From Camelus ferus (lineage: Eukaryota): a DNA stretch of 64,000 nucleotides. This document shows, piece by piece, positions 24,880 to 37,240 of this stretch; position 1 is the stretch's first letter; every line of letters starts with the position of its first letter. The stretch spans positions 44,890,001-44,954,000 of the forward strand of contig NC_045696.1 in assembly GCF_009834535.1 (NCBI RefSeq), in the 5' to 3' direction. The notes under the pieces were generated by a model. It did not search any database and had not been told where the DNA came from. It worked only from the letters and a program-made list of their open reading frames with translations. Both the position numbers and the translations under genes were made by a program.

Positions 24880-27800
24880 TTCTAAGAATCAGTCCATTTT
24901 GCCTGTGTATTCCAGTTTTTTGTAGTATAATTATCCACAGTGGCTTCTTATGATTCTTTGCATTTCTTTGGAATCAGTTGCAATGTCTCATTTTTCATTC
25001 ATAATTTTTATTGATTTGGGTTCTTTTTCTTCCTTGGCTAATCTAGCCAAGGGTTTGTCAATTTTGTTTACCTTTTCAAATAACCAGCTCTTAATTAATC
25101 TTATCTATTTCTCTTCTGTTTTTTATTTCATTTATTTCTGTTCTAATCTGTAGTACTTTCTTTTTCTGGGCTCAGTTTGTTCTTTTTTCTTGTTCCTTAA
25201 GGTATAGATTAGGTTGTTTACTTTGGATCTTTCTTGCTTCTTACTATAAGTGTTTATTGCTGTGTAGTTCCCTTTAGAATTGCTTTTGCTGCATCCGAAA
25301 AGTTCTGATATGCTGTGTTTCCATTTTTGTTTGTCTCAACAAACTTTCGAGTTCCTCCTTTAATTTCTCATTTGGCCATTGGTTGTTCAGGAGAGTGTTG
25401 TTTAATTTCCATATGTTTGTGATTTTTTTTTCCAGTTTTTCTCTTGTCATTGACTTTGTTTCATGATATTGTGGTCAGAGAAGATACTTGGTATGATTTC
25501 TTGAATTTGCTATATCTTGTTTTGTATCCTAAAACATAATCTAGACTAGAAAATGTTCCATGTGTGCTTGAGAAGAATGTTTTTTCTGTTGTTGGATAGA
25601 ATGTTCTGTATACATCTGGTCTGTCTGGCCCATTAGGTGTATAGTGTTATTCAAACCTGTTTCCAAAATGATTCTCCATCTGGATGATCTATCCATTGCT
25701 GAGAGTGGGTGTTAAAGTCCCCAACTAATAGTAGTATTTATTTCTCCTTTTAGCTCTGTTAGTTTTTGCTTTATATATTTAAGTGCTTCAATTAAATATT
25801 TACATTGTTCTATCTTCTTGGTGGATTGAACCTTTTACCATTATGTAATGACCTCTGTCTCTTTTTACTGTTTTTAGTTTGAAGTCTGTTTTGTCTGATA
25901 TAAGTATAGCTATTCTTGCTTTTTTTGGTCACCACTTGTTTGAAATGACTTTTTCCATTCCTTCACTCTGAATCTGTCTGTGTCTTTAAGGCTAACATGA
26001 ATCTCTTACCGGCAGCATGTCGTTGGATCTTGTTTTTTTATCCATTCAGCCATTCTGTGTCTTTTGATTGGAGAATTTAATCCATTTGTGTTTAAAGTAA
26101 TTATTTCTAGGTTAGGATTGCTGTCATTTTGTGAATCATTTTCTGGTTGTTTTATAGAGCCATTGTTCCTTATTTCTTATCCTGCTGTATTTTGATGTAT
26201 TTTAGGGCCAGTGTGCTTTGACTTCTTTATCATGTTGTCTTGTATAATTGCTGTAGGTTTTTCCCTTGTGGTTACTCTGAAGCTTACATAAAATATCTTA
26301 AAATCATAATACCCTACTTTATGCTGACAAAACTCCAATAGAATTTCTAAACTTTACAATTTTACTTCTCCTTCCCCTCATATTTTAGATTATTGCTGTT
26401 ATATGTTCATACTTTTATATTGTGTAAGTAATAACAGATTATTGTAGTGTAGTTATTTCTACTCCATTTATTTTCATAACTTTTAAACTAGAGTTGTAAG
26501 TGAATTATGCTCCACCATTACCACATTACAGAATCTAATTTTAACTATATATTTACTTTTACCAGTGAATTTTATGCTACCTTTTCCTGTTTTTATTATG
26601 ATAATGAACATCCTTTTACTTCCAAAGAACTCCCATTAGCATTTCTTCAGAATTCTTTGACAGTTTACAGAGCTCCGTTTCATTCACCGTCAGTTATTAG
26701 ACCTTTGTTAGTTTCCTTTGATGGTGTCATATTTACCTTGTTTTTCATGGTCCTTGATTCCTTATGTTGGTATCAGCGCATTTCAGTAATTGGGCTCCTC
26801 TTCCAGACTTCACAGGTTTGCTTTGGCAGAGACAGATTCTCACCAGTCAGCTCAGTTTGGATTTCTGGGCATGTCTGTTGGTAATGTTTTTTGGCAGGAG
26901 GGATCTGCTATTATGGTCTATTTTTGGAGTGTGGCAACTGTTCAGACTCTGAGGTTGGGGACTGGTGGGGAGAGGAGAGGTGGGGGTGGATGTGCCACTG
27001 GCTGAGAACCGTTAGATAGGACTGCTGGCTTGGTTCCCTAACCCAAGTGAGGCCAGTAGAATGGGCCCGTGGTTGCCTGGATTGTCTGCTCAGGGCTCAC
27101 TAGATGGCCGAGGCTGAGTACTGTGTTCCCTGCCCTGGTAGGGCAGCACGATGGAACCCAGGGCCTGTACGTCTCATTGTTTGAGGACCCAAATCAGTGA
27201 CAGTGTGCACTGATTTTGCTCGTCAGATGAGAGAACCAGTTTTGCTCTGTAGATTGGGAAAGCCACGGGCTCTGCTCTCTGTTCAGGTGCTACTGTAAGC
27301 AGCATTACTGGGTGGCTGCACTGACTTCCGGTGTGCTCTGGTTAAGTTCCCCAGTCATGCAGGCTGGAGGCTGTATTCAGCAGTGAGTGGGGTGTGAATT
27401 AGTTTCCCTGCATAGGTGTGATGGGAGAAGCAACTCTGGAGCTGGTAAAGCTCTTTGTGTATTGTCTTAACTCAAGCTCATCCATGCCCCAAGCTCCCTG
27501 GCCAAACAGGACCACTGGCTTTGCTCTGCAAACTATTGGCTCTGTCTTCCTTTCTCTTGACATGGGTACCACTGAGTGCACATGTTTCAGGTGTTCTAGC
27601 CAGCCCTTCTGGTCAGACGGGGCCAGGAGCCACAGCGAGTGGGGCTGGCTCAGCTCTCTTGCCTGGGTGTGTAGGGGAGGGTCCACTCCAGGCAACTCTC
27701 AATTTCCCAAACAGGTTCTCCAGCTAGGAGGGGTACCACCGTGTTGATGCGAGGGTTGCCAGGCTACACCGCTTCCGAATGTTTCTGCTAGCCCTTCTAG

Positions 27801-28477
27801 TCAGATGTGTCCAGGGGATGCTCTCCATAGCAGGTGGAGCTGTGATTTAGCTCCTTGCCTTGATGGTGGGCAGACCAGCCTCTTGGGCCAGCAAAAATCC
27901 TCATTTCAGAATCCAAATCAGGCAGATCCACATCCTGCTGAGTTCCCTGGTCAGAGTGTGCTGCCAACTTGATTTTATAGATGAGCAAAACCTCTGGTTG
28001 AGATCTACTTGGGACACTGCAAGTATGAACTCTGCCAAGGTCCATGTGCTGGTTGTTGCAAGCGTCCTCCCCCTTCTCTATCACAGTGAGATTCCTAGAG
28101 GTTGGGCCCCATAGATTCCCCTGCAGTCCCCTTGGTGAGAGATCAGAGTAGGGGCTCCTGCAAAATAACCCACTGTGCTAGAAATGGCTAGCCTGTTTTC
28201 CCAGTGGAGGAACCAGAGGCTCAGGGAGTCCTCTCTGCATGGTGCTGAGCTTGACTTGGGGAGGGGCAATGCAGTCAACATATAGCCACTTCTCTTACCC
28301 TTCTAATGTGGGATGTTTTGGACTCTGTGGCTCAGGGAGGTGTTTCAGCCTTATCCCCGTGTTGTAAGATTCTTTCAGTGGTGTCTTGTTCTTGAATAGT
28401 TGTTAGTTGTTCTTCTTGTGAGGGAGAGTGGAGTCAAGAACAACCTGTATCACCATCTTGGTGATGTCAGTCTTCTC

Positions 28478-28680
28478 CAGTTTTGCTCTTAAGGCTTTCA
28501 GCTGATTGGGTGAGGCCCACCCAGATTATCAGGGTTAAAATCTCTTTCATTTAAAGTCAACTGATTATAGATATTAACTTCATCTACAAAATACCTTCAC
28601 AAAGAATTCAGGATTAGTGCTTAGTTAAATAACTGAGCACTACATCCTATGGAAAATGACACGTAAAATTAACCACCACA
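28478..28680 (-). mobile_element. MLT2 LTR, 5' part (split by L1)
   Basis: gattgggtgaggcccacccagattatc...catctacaaaataccttcaca...aaaattaaccaccaca, homologous to 7490-7684. Confidence 0.85.
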
Positions 28681-30974
28681 GTTCTCTTTTTGGGATCCAT
28701 CAACTCAGTGAAATAAGTCAGACCATTTAAATGGCAGCATTTCCCATTTCCCAAATCAGTGCTGGCCTGTAAGGGGCAACCTCTATACTGCTTTCTAATA
28801 ACTTGGTGTTTCTCTCACTTACCCGTTCTCTCACTTACCCGTTTCTCAGTGCTTTGGGGAAGAGTGTGCTCGCTGGGTTCTCCTACAGACATAATTTCAG
28901 TTTGGATCAGTAAGCTATAGATGACAAATCTGCTGCATCATTCTAATCTTCCTAAATCTTTATATTCTTCACTCTATAACATACTAAGAATTTTCTTAAT
29001 GTTTATATCATTCCACGCACACCAGTCTTGAGTCAGAAGCACTCCCAGATACTTGAGCTAGCACGCTGCATTACAAATCTCTGGGAAATGTACACATGTT
29101 GATAAATTTGACCTAATCTAAAAATTTGAAGCGCTTTTCCTATTTAGGACCTCGGGAATCCATTCTTGCACAAATTCTTTAGATCGATGCCAAATAAATT
29201 AGCAAAATCGTGAAAATTTTTGCTGTAAAGCTACCTTACCCCATGTCAGATTTTGCTTTCGGCCCCTGGACATGTGGGGTATGACTGCTCTAAGTCAAGA
29301 GACAACAGTTGTTGTTGTGGGCTTGTCATGAGGAGAGCAGGTTCTTGCTTACAAAGCAACTCCCTCATTTGAGGACTGACAGGACCTCCAAACAAAGTAA
29401 AATCCCTTATAAGGCAGGGACGAGAGGAGGATTAGTAGGTCTGGGCAGCCAGAGAGCTCAGATTCCTTTGAATCCACCTAAGTACATTCCTTCTAATTGG
29501 GAGAATTTTTTTTTGAAGACTTGCACTAAATTATATGAGACCTGATGACACTGTACTTCAGTCCATATATGTACACTTTTCCCCCACTGTGTGCAGGCCC
29601 TCCCAGTAGTGGCCAGCCAGGCCCGGGTGGAGTGTGCTGGGGGCCAAGCTAGCATTTTGTGTCCATTTGATGGGGTGGCACTGGGGGCCCAGATGTAGGG
29701 GCTCCGTGGTGCCCAGGCCCCTAGTGGGGCAGGGCCTGGGGCTGCACAGAAGTCCTCGTGCTGGATGCAGTTGTGGATTCACTCCAGCATCCCCTCACAG
29801 GTGTACTTGTAGGGCAGGTAGGCGTCCACTTGCTGGAGGAAACCAGAATGCTCTACCCCCTTGCTATTCAAAGGTGGCACCACCCCAGACATTGTTTGAA
29901 ATGCAGGGTTTCAGCCCCACCCTCAGTTTATATTTTAATTTGGTAGCCTACGTGATCAGACCATGCCTTTGATCTTTAGCTGTGTCATCCTGATAAGAGA
30001 TCATTTTAGAGCAAGCACAGGCTTCTGGTTCTTGATAATACCTTAAGGGAGGAATTTAAAATCTTGATTTCATCGTGTTCTTCAAAGCACCCTCCCCTTT
30101 CCCCTCTATCCCTTGTTCTCTCTCTCCCTTCTCTCCTTCCCCCTCCCCCCCTTTCCTTCTTCCCATTTTCCTCCTTGTCCTTTTCTTCTTAATCTATATC
30201 TGGTGTAGTTACAAGCTGCAAGTCCAGTTTATAGTCTCTGTATTCCTTTTTGTCTCTATCAAGGCCATTTTAAAAACCTATTATTTTAACAAAGTCTAGC
30301 CTTTATCCCAGGTGACACTGGGTGATAATTTAAGTAACTTTGTTGGTTATTTCATGCAATCTGTTTTGTATAATCCACTTCCAGTGATATTACACCACTG
30401 CTGCCTTTCATCCAAACCAGAAGAGATTAATTCTGGATGGTCATCCTAAAGTGTTAACTTCTTGCTCCAAATATTTGATCAGTGTTGAAAAACAGAAACC
30501 ACTTACATTCAGAAAAATAAGTAATACAGAAATTAGGTGGTTAGAACATCATTTGAAGGGCTTAAGGAGAATGTTGTAGGTTCGGTCTATAGGATGATTT
30601 CCAGGTATAAACAGGACTGACTGACAAGAGCATTGTTTCACCAGAGGCCAATACTAGAGCCAAGAGTTCAAGAACACCCCTGGGGCTCTGATCTAGGCTT
30701 TATAAAGTTGGAAATTAGAAGCTGTCATGGCAACCCTCTCTTAACATGGACGAAGAAAGAGAATAGACATTTAAACATTGCTTCTTAACACAGCCATTCT
30801 TAGGTCTTCCAAATATCAAATCAGTCCACATAACAGAATCTAAATCAGATAAAGAATCTAAGTTGCAAGGGAGCCTGGAAAATAGACTTCATACTTTTCC
30901 AGCCTGACTAATAGGATGGTCGTTTGAAGGTTGAGTAAGGCCCTCACTCAATTTTTATCAGAAGTGGAAATCTG

Positions 30975-33900
30975 GATGTCACCAAGAGATGGTGACATAA
31001 AACGTTGCTGAACTCTCTCCTCTCACAGACATGTCGAATATATAGCTACATACAGCAGTTCCCTCTGAGAGAAATCCAGGAACTAGCTAAGTGATTCCTA
31101 CACATTAGGCAACTGAGATAAACCCACAACAAAAAGAGAAAAGTCTGAGACATAGTCTCAACAAAAACCCTATTCCTGCCACAGTGCCATCACATTGGGA
31201 GGGACCCCCCCCCCCAACTCCCAGCTTGCATTCGTGAGCCCCACAGGACCAGAGCAAATGAAGAAGCAGTTGTTAACAGGCAGGGGAGCACTGGCTGTGT
31301 CTGTCCCCTCAGGGCTCAGTGCAGAGGGAGCAGGCAAAACATCCATCTCCCAGTCTTTCTCTGGAAATAATTTGACTACGTACTTTACAAGCTGGTGCCT
31401 GAGGGTCCCAGCTTCTAATCAGACTCAGTCTAGCTGCTGACTGTGATCCTCCCAGGAGCCTGGAGGAGCCAGTGTGCACTTCCCCTGCCTTCCCCTGTCT
31501 TCTCCTGGCTTGCCCCAACCATAAAATCAAGACCCCACCTTCTCTTTGGAAAGAGCTTTTCCACACATTTGGTATTCCAACTTTTAAGGCAGCCACTTGA
31601 GTGAGACCTTCAAATCACCAGCTCTAATAGCCCCCAAGGTTCAGCCTTCATGAATACTACAGGACCATATTAAACAAACAAAACAGTCAGTTTTCAAATG
31701 GGCACACACTTCCTGCAGCTAACCCCCCAGAGCTAAGCACAGATGGAGCAGGCAGAAACATCCATCTCCCAGTTTCTCTTTGGAAGGGATTTGATTGCAT
31801 ACCTCCCTAGCTGCTGCTTGAGGTTCTGGCTTCTGATCACTGCATATGCTGACTGGGATCCTCCCAGGAGCCCGAGAGAGCTGGTGGGCACATCCTTTGC
31901 TGTTTTCCCCAACCTTGCTCCAACAATAAAGCCACGTGTCTAGTTTCTCCCTGGAAGGAACTTATCCACGTATCTAGCACCCCAACTGATATGGCTGTCA
32001 CTCAGCTGTTCTTGACTCCCAGATCACCAGGAGCACCTGTCATCAGGAGCTGACAGGGATTGGCATTCATGAGTTCCTGAGGATTACACAAAACAAAGAA
32101 GCTGTTCTGTTTGGGTACATAAGCAATTCGAGAGACTACTCCCTCTGGCTCAACACAGAGAAAAGCACCCGGCTCCCAGTCTCTCCTTGATAGGGGCTAG
32201 ACTGCCTATCTAACATCCTGGCTTTCTCAGCTGCTACCTGAAAGTTGAGCTTCCAATTAGCCTGCACTGGGGAAGCTGAAGGGGCATGCGATTAGTAGTC
32301 ACACTGGAGCCTAGATAGGCATAAAGACATTTCCCACACCCTTGGAAAACTGACAGGTCTTGGTATATCCTCCACTTCTGGAAGTCACTAATTACAAAGA
32401 TGGTGGCTTAGACAATTACAAAGTTTGAGAGACAACAGGAGCTCAAGTCTGGCTGATTGACAAGGTTTATTTACACAAGGCCAGTCTGTCAAGATAGAAG
32501 TGCCTGGTTTATCTAATGTGCAGAAACCAACACAGAGTTAAGGAAAATGAAGAGACGGGGGTTCCAAACAAGAGAATAAAATAAATCTCTCAAAACCAAC
32601 CTTAATGAAACAGATAAGTGATTTACCCAATAAACAAGAGCTTACACAAGAGTTCAAATTAATGATCATAAAGATGCTTACTGAGGTAAGGAGACCAATG
32701 TATGAGAAAAATGAGAATTTCAACAAGGAAAAAATACAAAAAAGTACCAAAGAGAAACCATACAACTGAAAAATATAATAACTGAAATGAAAAATTCAAT
32801 AAGGGGTTCAGTAGCAGACTAGGTAAAGCAGAAGAAAGGATTAGAGAACTGAGGATCATGTATTAGGCCACAAAACAAGTCTTGACAAATTTAACAAGAC
32901 TGAAATCCTGTGATGCATACTCTGCTATCACAGTGGTATGAAACTAGAAATCAGTTACAAGAGGAGAGCTGGAAAATCCACAAATGTGGGTATGAAACAA
33001 CATGCTTCTGAAAAACCAATTAAAGAAGAAATCAAAAAATATCTTGAGATATATGAAAATGGAAACAAAACATAACCAAACTTAAAGGATGCATCAAAAG
33101 CAGTTCTAAAGGGAAGTTTGTAGGAATCAGTGCCTACATTAAGAAAAAAAAGAAAGCTCTCAAACAACTAACATTAAACTTCAAGGAACTACGAAAAGAA
33201 CAAACTCAGCCCAAAGTTAGTCAAAGGAAGAAAATAACAAAGATTAGAGTAGAAATAAATGAAATAGAGGCTAGAAAGTCAATAGAAAAGATAAATGAAA
33301 CTTTGAAATGTTGTTTGAGAAAATAAGCAAAATTGACAAATGTTTACCTAGGTAACCTAAGAAAAAATAAAGGACAAATACAATCAGAAATAAAAGAGGA
33401 GACATTACAACTGATAACAAAAAATACTCAAAGATTGTAAGAAACTGCAATGACTAATTATATGCCAACAAATTAGATGACCTACAGGAGATGGATAAAT
33501 TCCTAGAAATGAACAAGCTACCAAGACTGAATTAAGAAGAAACAGAAAATCTGAACAGATCAATTACTAGTAAAGAGATTGAATCAGTAAGCAAAAACCT
33601 CCCAACAAACAAAAGTCCAGAAACACATGGCTTCACTATTAAACTCTACCAAACATTTCAGGAAGAATTAATGTTAGTCCTTCTCAAATTCTCCCAAAAA
33701 AACAGAAAGTGAGGGAAGACTTCCTCATTTGTTTTATGAGGCCAGCATTACCATGTTACCAAAGCCAAAGACACTAAAAAAGAAGAAAATTATAGGTTAA
33801 TATCCCTGATGAACATAGGTGAAAAATATCAACAAAATATGACCAAACGAAATTCAACAGTGCATTAAAAGGATCATATACCATGATCAAGTGAGATTTA

Positions 33901-36163
33901 TTCCTAGGATTCAGGGGTGGTTCAACATATTCAAATCAGTAAATGTGATACATGACATCAACAAAATAAATAATAAAAATTATATGATTATCCTAATAGA
34001 TGCAGAGGAAGCATTTGACATACAACATCCTTTCATGATAAAAATTCCCAACAAATTAGATATAGGTAGAAGTGTGTCCCAACATTATAAGGGCCATATA
34101 TGACAAGCCTACACGTGACATCATATTCGAAGGTGAGATTGGGAACAAGACAAGAATGCCTACTCTCACCATGTTTATTCAAAATAGTATTGGAAATCCT
34201 GGACAGATCATTTGGGCTAGAAAAAGAAATAAGACATCCATATTGGAATGGAAGAAGTAAAATTGTTGTTTCCAGATGACATGATTTATATATTTTTATA
34301 TATATATAAAATTCTAAAGACTCCACCAAAAAACTAATAAACAAATTCAGTAATTCAGTTAAGTTACAGGACAAAATCAGTCATATTTCTATACACCAAC
34401 AAAGAACTATGAGAAAGAGAAATTAAGAAAACAATCCTCTTTACAATAGCATCAAAAAGAATAAAATATTTAGGAAAAAATTTAACCAAGGAGGTGAAAG
34501 ATCTGTACACAGAAAACTATAAAATATTGATGAAACAAAAATAAAGCAAGCAGAAATATATGGAAAGATAGTCTGTATTCATGGATTGAAATAATTAATA
34601 TTGTTTAAATGTCCATATTATCCAAAGTGACCTACAGATTCAATGCAATGCCTATCAAAATTCCAATGGCATTTTTCACAGAAGTAGAAAAAAAAATTCT
34701 GAAATTTGAGTAGAACCACAAAAGACCCCAGACAGCCAAAACAAGATTGAGAAAGAACAGAGCAGGAGACGTCACACTTCCTGATTTCAAATTATATTAC
34801 AAAGCTGTGGTAATGAAAACAGTATTATATTGGCATAAAAACATTCACATAGATCAGTGGAACAGAGCTGAGAGGCCAGAAATAAACCCATGCATATATA
34901 GTCAATTAAGTATAACAAAGGCACCATGAATATAAAATGGGGAAAGGATAATCTCTTCAACGAATAGTGCTAAGAAGACTGACACATGCAAAAAAAAAAA
35001 AAAAAAGAAACTGATCCTGTGTCTTACACCACACACACCCACAATCAACTCAAAATGGATTAAAGACTTCAATAAGACTCCAAACCATAAAACCCCTAAA
35101 AGAAAACACAGAGGGATAAGATCTTTGTCTTGGTCTTGGCAATGACTTTTTGGATTTGACACCAAAGCAAAGGCAACAAAAGCAAAAATCAACATAAAAA
35201 GCTTCTGCACAGCAATGGAAACCATCAACAAAATGAAAAGGCAACCTACCAAGTGGGAGAAAATATTTGCAAACCACATATCCAGTAAGGAGTTAAAATC
35301 TAAGATGTATAAGCTTAGTACAATTCAATAGAAAAAAAAACCCCAATTTAAAATGACACTTTAATAAGACATACAATGACCTACAGGTACATAAAAATGT
35401 GCTAAACAACAGTAATCATCAGGGAAATGCATATCAAAACCACAGTGAGATAGCAATTGTTAAGATGGCTATTATCAAAAAGGGGAGATAACAAAGTGTT
35501 GATGAGATTGTGGAGAAAAGGGAAATCTTTTGCATTGTTACTGGGAATGTAAACTGGTACTGCCCCTATGGACAATAATATGTAGGTTCCTTAAAAAATT
35601 ATAAAGCTAGAACTACTTAGGTGTTCATTGATGGATGAATGGATGAAGAAAATACTGTATATATGTATATATGTACACATGCATGCACAATGTTATAAAT
35701 ATATACAATGCTATATGTATATAGATGTAAATGTATATAGTATTTTACATATACACACAATAGTGTATATATGGACACAATATTATGTATATACACACAA
35801 TGTTACATACACACACACACATACTCAATGGATTATTATTCAGCCTTAAAAAATAAGGAAATCTTGCCATTTGAGACAATGTGGATGAATCTGGAATACA
35901 TTATGTGAAGTGAAATAAGCCAGACAGAGACAAGTACTGAATATTATCACTTATGTGTAGAATTTTTTTAAAAGTCATACTCATAGAAACAGTGAATGGT
36001 GATTTCTGAGAGTGGGAGAAATGGGGAGGTGTTGGTAGAAGGGTACAAACTTTCAGTTATAAGATGGATTCAGTGTGAGGATCTAATGCATAACATGGAG
36101 ACTATAGTTGATAATGCTATGTTGCATAACTAGAAACTTGTGGAGAGATTACAACTTAACTGT

Positions 36164-36200
<37 letters not shown>
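30975..36200 (+). mobile_element. Near full-length decayed L1 with tandem 5'UTR units; ORF1 C-terminus and ORF2 N-terminus deleted at ~32855
   Basis: 5' end gtcaccaagagatggtg. ORF1 coiled-coil remnant at 32550-32855. ORF2 peptides [21 protein letters not shown] (RT) and [12 protein letters not shown]. 3'UTR ends in (CA)n-aataaag. Confidence 0.92.
36166..36198. repeat. (CA)n microsatellite at the L1 tail
   Basis: Perfect CA run. Confidence 0.95.
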
Positions 36201-36999
36201 AAAGTTGAAGATCATGCAGTGGAGACCCTACTTTGTGAAGTTGTTTGCTGAGGACCTGCCCTGCAGCCTTGAGTCATATGTGGAGTTTTGTGTTGTTATA
36301 ATCCTACAGTTTGTAGCGTAGGTCACAGCATGTCTGGCCCTCGTTCTGACAGTGATCCCAGCTCCATCACTGCCCGGGCGGTAGGCGGCCAGTAGACGAG
36401 ACAGGGTTGCTCTGAAGGCACCGAGCTCATTCTCAGAGCTGCCTGGATACCACCCAGAATGATCAGCTGAGGCAGGCCTCCTATTTCATAGTAGGACTAG
36501 TGACCATAGACCTGGCACATTAATCGGCCTCCACCTCGTACATGACATTCCTTCTAGCAGGACCCTAAGACACATACAATTTGGGATACCTCTACAGTGG
36601 TGAGATGGTAAAACAACAACTCACTGAGGAGCCCTGATTTGTAGCGTGCAGTGTTTTCAGAGTGTACCAGCATGGTGCTACTGAAAATGGAAGAGTTGTG
36701 CATCCTCAGCTCTTGAGAACCTTCAGCGGTGGGCCCCAGCACCTCGGCTTCCCCGCCAGGTGGGGGAAGCGCTCGCCGAGGCACAGCTCTGGCTCACCCT
36801 GGAGGCCGACCCAGCGTGTTAGTACGCATGCGCGGTGCGGTCTGACACTCACTTCGGGTAGTTCTGCAGTGACCGGGGAAGTAGAAGGCCAGCGGTGGTG
36901 TCTGATTCGAGGCGTTTGATTCACTCCCTGTGGGGAGGGATAAAGGCTGTGTCACTCAGGGATTCCCAGACTGGCTAATTGGGCCACCATGGAGAGGTC

Positions 37000-37240
37000 C
37001 TGAGTACACAGCTGATTATCTTTACATCTCAACTGTGTTTCTTTCCATCTCAGGACCTGCGTCAGTTCGTTATAGGTGCTCATTAGCATTTCTGCCTGTG
37101 TAGTGCCTTTGAAAGAACCATGAAACTTGAGCCCTTGTATGTTTTGGATCATTGTTGTGTTCCCGGTGTCTAGTACTGGCACCCAGACAGGCACAGGAAT
37201 GGGGATTTCAAAATAAATATTTGTTGAATTAATGAATGAA
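37000..37240 (+). mobile_element. L2 LINE 3' end
   Basis: gtgttcccggtgtctagtactggcacccagac...aaatatttgttgaattaatgaatgaa. Confidence 0.65.

Larger units (their letters stand above)
21194..28477 (-). mobile_element. Near full-length decayed L1 (5'UTR to 3'UTR; most of ORF1 deleted at ~26650)
   Basis: 13-bp TSD cagttttg(t/c)tctt at 21181-21193 and 28478-28490 at a TT/AAGA site. The 5' end reads catcaccaagatggtg. ORF2 homology spans ~22000-26100. Confidence 0.92.

Noticed and set aside
7228..28680. Two same-strand MLT2 LTRs as the ends of one provirus
   Set aside because: The 7228-7684 copy has its own near-TSD, and 11 kb of MIR/L2-containing host DNA lies between it and the pol remnant.
32855..35600. 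Functional L1 ORF2 or a domesticated reverse transcriptase
   Set aside because: Numerous stops and frameshifts, deleted endonuclease N-terminus, and RT motif altered to FPDD.
35640..35825. Regularly spaced tatac/acaatg units resembling a repeat-spacer array
   Set aside because: Degenerate (TA/CA) low-complexity expansion within an L1 3' region, with no constant repeat or unique spacers.
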